Source: Candidatus Rokuibacteriota bacterium (GTDB taxonomy: Bacteria; Methylomirabilota; Methylomirabilia; Rokubacteriales; DASRDR01). Taken from it: a stretch of 25,265 bases of DNA. The notes beneath the pieces were generated by a model, which was not told where the DNA came from, did not search any database, and saw only the letters and a program-made list of their open reading frames with translations. Positions 1 to 7,470 of the stretch are shown here, in pieces. The number at the start of each line of letters is the position of its first letter. The stretch's first letter is position 1. A program made the translations under genes and the position numbers. The stretch is taken from contig JBIOTN010000206.1 of assembly GCA_044866005.1 (NCBI GenBank), positions 1 to 25,265 on the forward strand, written 5' to 3'.

Positions 1-299
1 ACCTCCCAGCGGCGAGCCAGGGCCGGCTCGATCTCCGTGGTCGCCCCGCGCAGCCGGACGAGCCCCTCGTAGAGCTGGGAGGTGAGCCCGAGGGACGCCG
101 AGTCGGTGACCACGGCCGGGTCGAGCTGAACGGGCTCCGCCGGCCAGCCGACGACGAAGGTCTGGGCCGCCGCCGGCCCGGCGCCGCCGGCGAGCGGCAG
201 CGCCGCGATGCCGAAGCCGAGCGCCGCGGCGGCCAGCAACGGCGCGGCGGCGGCGACCACCGCCGCGGCGTCGAACGATCCCGCGGCGGCGCGCCCCAT
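1..299 (-). CDS. ABC transporter substrate-binding protein, family 5 (peptide/nickel), N-terminal part; runs off the window edge
   Basis: Not in the ORF track. Manual translation from ATG at 299 gives MGRAAAGSFDAAAVVAAAAPLLAAAALGFGIAALPLAGGAGPAAA-QTFVVGWPAEPVQLDPAVVTDSASLGLTSQLYEGLVRLRGATTEIEPALARRWEV. This is a signal-like N-terminus plus the SBP_bac_5 pattern LDP...LYEGLV...EPALA..WEV. Confidence 0.85.
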   Translation of the reverse strand, partial: MGRAAAGSFDAAAVVAAAAPLLAAAALGFGIAALPLAGGAGPAAAQTFVVGWPAEPVQLDPAVVTDSASLGLTSQLYEGLVRLRGATTEIEPALARRWE

Positions 300-327
300 C
301 CCGCCACGCCGCCCGGCCGCCGTCGCC

Positions 328-1605
328 CTATCGCCCTCCGCCACGACGCCCGCCGGCGGCGGCCGCGCCGTCTCCCTCGCCGAGCCTCCAGAAGACGAGC
401 CCGTCGAGGAGCTTCGGGTAGAAGTGGGTGGACTTCTGCGGCAGCCGCTCGCCGCCCCGCACGACGGCGAGGAGCTCCTGCGCCGTGGTCGGAGCGATGA
501 GGAACGCGGCCTGGTAGCGGCCCGCGCGCGCGAGGCGCACGGCGTCCGCCTGGTCGGCCGTGTAGTCCACGTGGCTCCGGGCGTCGAGCTTCGCGTCCGT
601 GATGTCGCAGAGCGGCCGGAGGAGCCCCTCGTGGAGGACCGAGACGGCGAGGCTCCGCCAGGCCCGCGAGGTCCCCGCCGGCCAGGGCAGCCGGTCGAAG
701 GCGTCGTCCCGCAGCGTGCACACGGCCGCCTCCCCCCCGGCGACGACCCCGAGCGCCCGGGCGGTCGGGGTGAAGGCGAGGGGGTCCGCGAGCGGGGCCA
801 CGTCGAACCACCGGCGGGCCCCCTCGAGCAGGGCGCGAAGGTCGAACCCCTCGACGTGGTGGACGAGCCGGTGGTTCGGGAAGATCGTGAGGCCCGGCGC
901 CTCGAGCCCGAAGAAGGCCATCAGCTTGAGATCGGCGGCGGGGCGGCGCCGGGCGAAGGCGACGGCCGTCTCGTACCGATGGTGGCCGTCCGCGATGATG
1001 ACCGACTTCGGCGCCATGAGCGTCTGGGCCCGCGTCACGACGGCCGGGTCCGTGATCCGCCAGAGCCGGTGGTGCTCGCCCTTGAGGTCGCGGGCCTCGG
1101 CGACCGGCTCGCCGCGCGGGGCGACCGCCTCGCGCACGGCGCCCTCCGGGTCGCTCACGAGCATGAAGAGGAGCCCGAGGTCCGCCTCCGTCGCCTCGAG
1201 GAGCCGCATCCGGTCCTCTTTCGGCCCGGCATGCGTCTGCTCGTGCGGGAGGACGACGCCCGCCGCGTAGTCGGTCACCTCGCCGAGCGCGATGAACCCG
1301 CTCCGCGTGACGCGCCGGCCGCCGACCGTGTAGGTCTGGGCGTAGGGGTAGATGGCGGGCTCGGCCTCGTGCGCGAAGACCCCCCGGGCGAGCCACGCCT
1401 CGAGCATCTCGCGAGCGCGGCGGTACTTGTCCTGGCCCGGCTCGTCCCGCGGATAGCTCACCCGGACGAAGTTCAGCGGGCTCATCGCGTAGAGCCGCTC
1501 CTGCGTCTCCCCGTCGATCTGGTCGTACGGCGGCGCGACGACCTTGGAGAGGTCGCCCGCGGCGTCGGGACCGTAGCGGTAGCCGCGGAACGGCTGGATC
1601 TTCAC
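328..1605 (-). CDS. DUF1015 family protein
   Basis: N-terminal IQPFRGYRY..VVAPPYDQI, LPHEQT, IIADGHHRYETA and C-terminal LPQKSTHFYPKLLDGL are typical of DUF1015. Start placed at GTG 1605, which overlaps the upstream TGA (GTGA coupling). Confidence 0.9.
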   Translation of the reverse strand: MKIQPFRGYRYGPDAAGDLSKVVAPPYDQIDGETQERLYAMSPLNFVRVSYPRDEPGQDKYRRAREMLEAWLARGVFAHEAEPAIYPYAQTYTVGGRRVTRSGFIALGEVTDYAAGVVLPHEQTHAGPKEDRMRLLEATEADLGLLFMLVSDPEGAVREAVAPRGEPVAEARDLKGEHHRLWRITDPAVVTRAQTLMAPKSVIIADGHHRYETAVAFARRRPAADLKLMAFFGLEAPGLTIFPNHRLVHHVEGFDLRALLEGARRWFDVAPLADPLAFTPTARALGVVAGGEAAVCTLRDDAFDRLPWPAGTSRAWRSLAVSVLHEGLLRPLCDITDAKLDARSHVDYTADQADAVRLARAGRYQAAFLIAPTTAQELLAVVRGGERLPQKSTHFYPKLLDGLVFWRLGEGDGAAAAGGRRGGGR

Positions 1606-2372
1606 TTCCGGTGCGCGGTGATGAAGGCCTGGACGCGGCGCCACGCGTCGGCGGAGGCGTCGGCGAACTCGGTCTGGCGACGGTCGAAGAAGCTGTGGGG
1701 CGCCCCGTCGTAGGTGACCGTCTCGTGGGCGACGCCGGCCCGGTCGAGGGCCTGGTCGAACTCCTGGATCGCGCTCGCCGGGATGCCGGGGTCGGCGCCG
1801 CCGTAGATCGCGAGGACCGGGCAGCGGAAGCGCGCGACGGCGTCGATCGGACGCGGCTTGTCGGGCCAGCGCGCGAGCCCCAGCGGCCAGCCGTAGAACG
1901 CGATGACCCCGGCGTAGCCGAGCCCGCTCGCGGCTTGCAGGGACGCGATGGCCCCGCCGAAGCAGAAGCCGACCGAGAAGAGGGCACGGACGGCCCCGCC
2001 CTTCGGCCCCCGCAGGTGCGCCGCCGCGGCGGCGATGTCGGCCTGGATCTGGTCGGGCTTCGTCTGAGGCACGTGGGTCATGAAGTCGAACGCCTCTCCG
2101 CGGTCGCCGAGCCCGGCCGTCCGGGCGAAGTAGTCGATGGCGACGGCGTCGACGCCGATCTCGGCGAACCGCACGGCCAGCTCCTTGTAGTAGGCGTGGA
2201 GGCCCCGGACGTCGGGCAGGACGATCATCCCCGCGCCGCTCGGCCGCGCCGCGCGGGCGGCGTAGGCGGCCACGCGGGTGCCGTCGGTCGAGGTGAGGAC
2301 GAGATCCGCGGCGTCAGTCGCGCCACCGGCGATCGGCGTGATCGGCGGGCGCGCGTCGTGATCGAAACACAT
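1602..2372 (-). CDS. Dienelactone hydrolase family protein
   Basis: Nucleophile elbow GFCFGG, PDVRGL, YGGADPGI (Asp) and GAPHSFF (His). GGAGG RBS upstream. Confidence 0.92.
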   Translation of the reverse strand: MCFDHDARPPITPIAGGATDAADLVLTSTDGTRVAAYAARAARPSGAGMIVLPDVRGLHAYYKELAVRFAEIGVDAVAIDYFARTAGLGDRGEAFDFMTHVPQTKPDQIQADIAAAAAHLRGPKGGAVRALFSVGFCFGGAIASLQAASGLGYAGVIAFYGWPLGLARWPDKPRPIDAVARFRCPVLAIYGGADPGIPASAIQEFDQALDRAGVAHETVTYDGAPHSFFDRRQTEFADASADAWRRVQAFITAHRK

Positions 2373-2414
2373 AGGGCGTTCCTCCTCCTCGGGACCGGGA
2401 CGTGAGCCTCCTGC

Positions 2415-2509
2415 CCGGGAGCCTTTCGAGCCGCGGCTTTACCGCCGGCCCACCCACCCAGCCACTTTGTGGTCGGGAGGACTCGGAGGGGGCCGCCGAG
2501 GCCCCCTCC
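2415..2509. repeat. Composite two-hairpin intergenic repeat (REP/BIME-like), copy 1
   Basis: Core GGGAGGACTCGGAGGGGGCCGCCGAGGCCCCCTCC (2475-2509) matches 6753-6787 with 2 mismatches. Perfect 10-bp stem at 2485-2494/2500-2509. Upstream CCGGGAG..CGAGCCGCGGCTTTACCGCCG also aligns with 6707-6740. Confidence 0.85.
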
Positions 2510-2513
2510 AAAA

Positions 2514-4199
2514 TTATGACTTCTCGATCTTCGCCCAGGAGTCGCGGAGCGCGACCGTCCGGTTGAAGACGAGCCGCCGCGCGGTGGAATCCAGAGCGTC
2601 CACGCAGAAGTAGCCCTGCCGCTCGAACTGGTAGCGGCTGCCGGGCGCCGCGCCGGCCAGGCTCGGCTCGACCCGGCAGGCCGGCAGCGTCTCCAGCGAG
2701 CGCGGGTTGAGGCCAGCCTTCCAGTCGCTCCCGTCCTTGTCGTCGCCCGGGTTCGGCTTCGTGAAGAGGTGGTCGTAGAGGCGCACCTCGGCTGGGAGCG
2801 CGTCGGCCGCGGAGACCCAGTGGATCGTGCCCCGCACCTTGCGGCCCGGGGCGTCGCCGCCGCGGGTCGCGGGGTCGTAAGTGCAGCGCACCTCCGTGAC
2901 CGCCCCCGTCCGCTCGTCCTTGACCAGGCCGACGCAGCGGACGACGTAGGCATAGCGGAGCCGGACCTCGCTGCCGGGCGACAGCCGGAAATACTTCGGC
3001 GGCGGGCTCTCCCGGAAATCGTCCTGCTCGATCAGGAGCACGCGCGAGAACGGCACCTTCCGGGTCCCCATCGCGGCATCCTCGGGGTTGTTGACCGCCT
3101 CGACCGCCTCCGTCTGCCCCTCCGGGTAATTCTCGATGACGAGACGCAGCGGGCGGAGGACCGCCATGACGCGGGGCGCCCGCTTGTTCAGGTCCTCGCG
3201 GACGCAGTGCTCGAGGAGCGCCACGTCCACCAGGTTGTCGCTCTTCGCCACGCCGATGCGCTCGCAGAACTTCCGGATCGACTCGGGCGTGTAGCCGCGA
3301 CGGCGGAGCCCGGCGATCGTCGGCATCCGCGGGTCGTCCCAGCCGGTGACGTGCCCCCCGTCCACCAGCTCGAGCAGCTTGCGCTTGCTCATCACGGTGT
3401 GGCTCAGGTTCAGGCGCGCGAACTCGATCTGCTGGGGGTGGTAGATGCCGAGCGCGTCCAGGTACCAGTCGTAGAGCGGGCGGTGGTCCTCGTACTCCAG
3501 CGTGCAGATGGAGTGCGTGACCCGCTCGATGGAGTCGCTCTGCCCGTGGGCCCAGTCGTACATGGGATAGATGCACCAGGCGTCGCCCGTCCGGTGGTGC
3601 GAGGTCCGCCGGATCCGGTACATGACGGGATCGCGCAGGTTGAGGTTCGGGGAGGCCATGTCGATCTTCGCGCGGAGCGTGCGGCTGCCGTCCTCGAACT
3701 CGCCGGCCCGCATCCGGGCGAGGAGGTCGAGGTTCTCCTCGACGGACCGGTCCCGCCAGGGGCTGTCCCGGCCGGGCTCGGTCAGGGTACCCCGGTACTC
3801 CCGGATCTCCTCGGGGCTCAGGTCGTCCACGTACGCCTTGCCCGCCCGGATGAGCTTCACGGCGTACTCGTAGAGCTGCGGGAAGTAATCCGAGGCGTAG
3901 TAGAGGTGCTCCCCCCAGTCGAACCCGACCCACCGGACGTCCGCCTTGATCGACTCGACGTACTCGACGCTCTCCTTGGTGGGGTTGGTGTCGTCGAACC
4001 GGAGGTGGCAGCGCCCGCCGAACTCCGCGGCCAGGCCGAAGTTCAGGCAGATGGACTTCGCGTGGCCGATGTGGAGGTAGCCGTTGGGCTCCGGCGGGAA
4101 GCGCGTCACGACGCGGCCGTCGAACCGGCCGGTCCGCTGGTCCTCCGCGATCGTGGTCCGGATGAAGTTGGGGGTCGGGGCCCCCTCGGGGGTCGCCAT
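2514..4199 (-). CDS. glnS: Glutamine--tRNA ligase
   Basis: [15 protein letters not shown] (HIGH motif), [38 protein letters not shown] and FNRTVALRD; 561 aa. Confidence 0.97.
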   Translation of the reverse strand: MATPEGAPTPNFIRTTIAEDQRTGRFDGRVVTRFPPEPNGYLHIGHAKSICLNFGLAAEFGGRCHLRFDDTNPTKESVEYVESIKADVRWVGFDWGEHLYYASDYFPQLYEYAVKLIRAGKAYVDDLSPEEIREYRGTLTEPGRDSPWRDRSVEENLDLLARMRAGEFEDGSRTLRAKIDMASPNLNLRDPVMYRIRRTSHHRTGDAWCIYPMYDWAHGQSDSIERVTHSICTLEYEDHRPLYDWYLDALGIYHPQQIEFARLNLSHTVMSKRKLLELVDGGHVTGWDDPRMPTIAGLRRRGYTPESIRKFCERIGVAKSDNLVDVALLEHCVREDLNKRAPRVMAVLRPLRLVIENYPEGQTEAVEAVNNPEDAAMGTRKVPFSRVLLIEQDDFRESPPPKYFRLSPGSEVRLRYAYVVRCVGLVKDERTGAVTEVRCTYDPATRGGDAPGRKVRGTIHWVSAADALPAEVRLYDHLFTKPNPGDDKDGSDWKAGLNPRSLETLPACRVEPSLAGAAPGSRYQFERQGYFCVDALDSTARRLVFNRTVALRDSWAKIEKS

Positions 4200-4257
4200 G
4201 CGGGCTCTCGCCGCCTCCTTCCGCTCGCGCCGGGCCGACCGGGCCGCGAGGAATTCG

Positions 4258-4266
4258 ATGATAACA
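4258..4266 (-). promoter_or_regulatory. Putative extended -10 promoter element of glnS
   Basis: Minus strand reads TGTTATCAT (TGn-TAnnnT) in the only AT-rich patch, about 60 nt upstream of the glnS ATG. Confidence 0.5.
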
Positions 4267-4330
4267 TTCGGGCTCGCGCGCCGCGAGCCCGGCGCCGTGC
4301 GCGGCCGATTCGACGACGGGAGGTAGCCCC

Positions 4331-4879
4331 ATGACCCAGCCCGAGACCCTGCTCGGCGAGGCGCGGCGGGAGCTGGCGCGCCTCCTGCCCGCCCTCGACC
4401 TGCTGGCCGGGGACCTCGACGACGCCACGTGGCGCGCCCGTCCGGCGCCCGCGGAGTGGGCGCCGCTCGAGATCGTCTGCCACCTCCGTGACGAGGAGAC
4501 CGAGGACTTCGGCGCCCGCCTCCGGGTGGTCCTGGCCGGCGGCCGCGCCTTCGCCCCGATCGATCCCGAGCGCTGGGTCGAGGAGCGCAGCTATCGCGCG
4601 GCGGCGCCGCGGGGCGCCCTCGGCGCGCTCCGCGACCGGCGCACCGCGAGCCTCGACTTCCTCGGGACCGTCGCCCCCGAGCGGCTGGCCGCGGCGGTCG
4701 CGCACCCGCGCCTCGGCCCCATCTCGGGCCTCGACCTCCTGGCGGCCTGGGTGACCCACGACCGCCTGCACCTCACGCAGCTCGCCGGCACCCTCGCCCG
4801 CCTCTGGGCCGCCCGGTGGGCACCCCTCAAGGCCGGCTATGCCGGCCCCATCCCGTACGCGCCAGGCACGTCCGACTAG
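4331..4879 (+). CDS. DinB family protein (DinB/YfiT-like)
   Basis: [14 protein letters not shown] and WVTHDRLH give the His triad. GGGAGG RBS upstream. Confidence 0.88.
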   Translation: MTQPETLLGEARRELARLLPALDLLAGDLDDATWRARPAPAEWAPLEIVCHLRDEETEDFGARLRVVLAGGRAFAPIDPERWVEERSYRAAAPRGALGALRDRRTASLDFLGTVAPERLAAAVAHPRLGPISGLDLLAAWVTHDRLHLTQLAGTLARLWAARWAPLKAGYAGPIPYAPGTSD

Positions 4880-4935
4880 CGTGGAGCACGGCATGAACGC
4901 GTGACGCATCCGGCAACCGAGAATCATTCAATGAC

Positions 4936-5174
4936 CCTACTGATCGTGGAGAATGCACTCTCGAACTCGTCAGGCCCTTTCACCTCCAGGGGTTGAAGCT
5001 GTAAACCCAACGCGACGGCTGCGACCTTCATATCGTTCAAGGCAGGCCCGTGGCCTGGATTTAGATGACGTCCACCTCCAGACGGACCAGGTCCGCCGCG
5101 AGATCGGGTAGCCGCTCGGTCCTCCCCTCGGCCCACCGGTACTCGACGACGACCGACTTCCCCTCGACGTCGTA
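4936..5174 (-). pseudogene. Remnant of a putative ABC-transport substrate-binding protein (ABC_sub_bind type): two fragments joined across an internal deletion
   Basis: 5174-5061 translates YDVEGKSVVVEYRWAEGRTERLPDLAADLVRLEVDVI*. In another frame, 5061-4936 translates NPGHGPALNDMKVAAVALGLQLQPLEVKGPDEFESAFSTISR. Both are recognisable, non-adjacent segments of this family, and there is no start codon. Confidence 0.8.
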
Positions 5175-5179
5175 TTGCG

Positions 5180-5539
5180 TCAGCGGGAGCGCCTGCGCCG
5201 GGATTTCTTCGGGAGGCGGGTCTGGAGGCCGAGGGCTTTGAGGGCGGTGGCGAAGGAGACGCCCCTCAGCCGCAGGCTTACTTTTTGACGGGTCCGCGAC
5301 GCGGGGACCAGGACTTCTCGCGCCAGGAGACGATCGAAGCGGGCGGCGAGCTGGCCGAGGGCGAGTCCCTTGACCGTGACGTCGATCTTGTTGCCGAGGC
5401 TCAACGTCTGGTTGGTTCCGCCCACGTCGCTATCGAAGCATTCGCAGGTGCAGGAGTCCGTCTCGTAGACGTAGACGCAGCCGCAGCCTCCCGTGCACAC
5501 GATCTTGCAGCGAGCGGGGCCGGCAGAGCATGTAGCCAT
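5180..5539 (-). CDS. Hypothetical protein: 8-Cys N-terminal cluster, STN-like domain, basic tail
   Basis: Strong RBS (GAGGAAGGAG) before the ATG; 119 aa; Cys at 4, 11, 15, 19, 21, 30, 32, 34. The C-terminal half (IDVTVKGLALGQL...VLVP...KVSLRLRGVSFATALKALGL) has an STN-like pattern. Confidence 0.8.
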   Translation of the reverse strand: MATCSAGPARCKIVCTGGCGCVYVYETDSCTCECFDSDVGGTNQTLSLGNKIDVTVKGLALGQLAARFDRLLAREVLVPASRTRQKVSLRLRGVSFATALKALGLQTRLPKKSRRRRSR

Positions 5540-5659
5540 GGGTGATGCTCCTTCCTCGCGTGGAGCGTTGAGGCTCTAGGCCGTGATCCGTTCAGCTTCG
5601 CGGATGGGAAGCGCGTCCGCCGGCTGCCGGCGGCGGGCACGCGCGAGCGCGTGGTCAGG

Positions 5660-5827
5660 GTCGCCGGGATGGACAGGCTCGCTTCGAAGAACGCCTTCAG
5701 GGCCCGAGCGAGTAGCCCGCGCGCCGCGGCAGCCCGGGAGCGCTTCCGCGTGGCGAAGCGGTAGCCGTCCAGACCGGTCCCGCAGGGCTTTTGGCGCCTC
5801 GATGTTGAGGAAGGGACCTTCGCTCAT
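5660..5827 (-). pseudogene. Ribbon-helix-helix (CopG/Arc-like) regulator interrupted by a +1 frameshift near 5773; 3' end uncertain
   Basis: ATG at 5827 with a GAGGGG RBS gives MSEGPFLNIEAPKALRDR. Skipping one base continues LDGYRFATRKRSRAAAARGLLARALKAFF, a beta strand-helix-SRAAA-helix RHH pattern. Confidence 0.65.
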
Positions 5828-5859
5828 GCGTGCGTCCCCTCGGTTTACGGCCGGGCCGG

Positions 5860-5888
5860 AGGATAACGCGGCTCTCGTAACAATACAA
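5860..5888 (-). promoter_or_regulatory. Sigma70-type promoter of the RHH/Cys-STN islet
   Basis: Minus strand TTGTAT (5888-5883), 17-nt spacer, TATCCT (5865-5860). It lies in an AT-rich patch about 32 nt upstream of ATG 5827. Confidence 0.65.
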
Positions 5889-6000
5889 ACTTTAGCGCTT
5901 GTCGGCCGGGCTCGTTTTCCGATAGAGGAGCCGGAGCCGGCATAGCGGCGGCTGGCCTCGGCCCTCATCTCGCGGTACCATCCAGGAGACGGAGGCGAGG

Positions 6001-6693
6001 ATGGCCGGACCCGATCACGAGCACGACCACGAGCACGGCCACGGGCACGGCCACGACCCCGCCCACCCCCACAACGCGCCGCTCTCCGAGGTCCAGCTCC
6101 GGGTCAAGGCGCTCGAGTCCTTGCTGACCGAGAAGGGCCTGGTGGACCCGGCGGCGCTCGACGCCTTGATCGACACCTACGAGACCAAGGTCGGGCCCCG
6201 CAACGGGGCGAAGGTCGTCGCGCGCGCCTGGGTGGATCCCGTCTTCAAGCAGCGGCTCCTCGAGGACGCCACGGCGGCGATCGCCGAGCTCGGCTTCATC
6301 GGCCGCCAGGGCGAGGACATGGTCGCGCTCGAGAACACCCCGAAGGTCCACAACCTCGTCGTCTGCACGCTCTGCTCCTGCTACCCCTGGCCGGTGCTCG
6401 GCCTCCCGCCCGTCTGGTACAAGTCGGCGCCCTACCGGTCGCGCGCGGTGATCGACCCGCGGGGCGTCCTCCGGGAGCTCGGCGTGGAGCTGGGCGAGGA
6501 CGTCGAGGTGCGCGTCTGGGACTCCACGGCCGAGCTCAGGTACCTCGTCCTCCCCGAGCGGCCGCCGGGGACGGAGGCGATGAGCGAGGACGAGCTGGCG
6601 GCGCTCGTCACGCGGGATGCCATGATCGGCACCGCGAAGGTCGCGCCCCCCGCCCGCCGCGGCGCGCCCGGAGGCCGGCGTGCGTCGGAGTAA
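6001..6693 (+). CDS. nthA: Nitrile hydratase subunit alpha, cobalt type
   Basis: Metal-binding motif [12 protein letters not shown] (Thr/Tyr variant, indicating Co type), [26 protein letters not shown] and [14 protein letters not shown]. His-rich N-terminus. Confidence 0.97.
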   Translation: MAGPDHEHDHEHGHGHGHDPAHPHNAPLSEVQLRVKALESLLTEKGLVDPAALDALIDTYETKVGPRNGAKVVARAWVDPVFKQRLLEDATAAIAELGFIGRQGEDMVALENTPKVHNLVVCTLCSCYPWPVLGLPPVWYKSAPYRSRAVIDPRGVLRELGVELGEDVEVRVWDSTAELRYLVLPERPPGTEAMSEDELAALVTRDAMIGTAKVAPPARRGAPGGRRASE

Positions 6694-6706
6694 GCCACGC
6701 GCTAGT

Positions 6707-6789
6707 CCGGGAGAGCGCCCGAGCGGCGGCGTTGCCGCCGCAACCCTCCCGGGGGAGGTCTCGGAGGGGGCCGTCGAGGCCCCCTCCGA
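6707..6789. repeat. Composite two-hairpin intergenic repeat, copy 2 (between nthA and nthB)
   Basis: Hairpin GCGGCGGC-GTT-GCCGCCGC (6723-6741) and 12-bp stem TCGGAGGGGGCC-GTCGA-GGCCCCCTCCGA (6761-6789). Homologous to 2415-2509. Confidence 0.85.
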
Positions 6790-6795
6790 CGAGAA

Positions 6796-7470
6796 ATGAA
6801 CGGCGTCCACGACATGGGCGGGATGCACGGCTTCGGGCCCGTCGAGCGCGAGGCCGACGAGCCGGTCTTCCACGCGGACTGGGAGCGGCGGACGTTCGCG
6901 CTCAACCTGGCGATGGGCGTCTGGCGGAAGTGGAACATCGACATGTCCCGCTTCTCGCGCGAGCGGATGCCGCCGGCGGACTACCTCCGCGCGACCTATT
7001 ACGAGCGCTGGCTCTTCGGGCTCAAGACACTGCTCGTCGAGACCGGGCTCGTCACGCGGGAGGAGCTCGAGCGGCGCGGCGACCGGCCACCTGCCCGCGT
7101 CCCGCCGCGACCGGACGCGCTCCGCGCGGCGGACGTCCCGCGGTTTCTCCGCAACCGCCGCGCGGCACGCGTGGACGAGCCGGTCCCGCCCCGCTTCAAG
7201 CCGGGCGATCCGGTCCGGGCGCGACAGGTCCAGCCGCTCGGCCACACGCGGCTCCCGCGCTACGTCCGCGGCCGGCAGGGGATCGTGGACCGGGATCACG
7301 GCGTCTTCGTCTTCCCCGACAGCCACGCGGCCGGCCGCGGCAAGGCCCCCCAGCACGTCTACAGCGTCCGCTTCACCGCGCGCGAGCTCTGGGGGCCCGA
7401 GGCCCCGGCGCCCGACCGGATCTACGTGGACCTCTGGGACGACTACCTCGATCCGGTGGGCGCCCCGTGA
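6796..7470 (+). CDS. nthB: Nitrile hydratase subunit beta
   Basis: MNGVHDMGGMHGFG, YYERW, HTRLPRYVRG, YSVRFTARELWG and DLWDDYL. Confidence 0.97.
   Translation: MNGVHDMGGMHGFGPVEREADEPVFHADWERRTFALNLAMGVWRKWNIDMSRFSRERMPPADYLRATYYERWLFGLKTLLVETGLVTREELERRGDRPPARVPPRPDALRAADVPRFLRNRRAARVDEPVPPRFKPGDPVRARQVQPLGHTRLPRYVRGRQGIVDRDHGVFVFPDSHAAGRGKAPQHVYSVRFTARELWGPEAPAPDRIYVDLWDDYLDPVGAP

Noticed and set aside
2358..2372. Shared MCFxH N-terminus of the dienelactone hydrolase and the acetamidase (17786)
   Set aside because: Only four residues match, the proteins are unrelated and appear differently localised. Most likely coincidence.
4924..5136. 70-aa ORF as an intact gene
   Set aside because: Its first third is an off-frame reading of SBP fragment A. 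Only the distal part is protein-like, so it is treated as part of a pseudogene.
5180..5539. Cys-rich protein as a RiPP (ranthipeptide/sactipeptide) precursor
   Set aside because: The cysteines are N-terminal with no leader peptide, and no radical SAM, YcaO or Lan enzyme or exporter lies in the window.
5560..6000. Cobalamin or NiCo riboswitch upstream of the Co-type NHase
   Set aside because: No B12-box or NiCo junction consensus was recognisable. The region is better explained by the minus-strand promoter and the RHH remnant.
2415..6789. The 35-nt repeats as a CRISPR array or transposon ends
   Set aside because: The copies are kilobases apart with no spacer periodicity, no cas or transposase gene, and housekeeping glnS lies between them.
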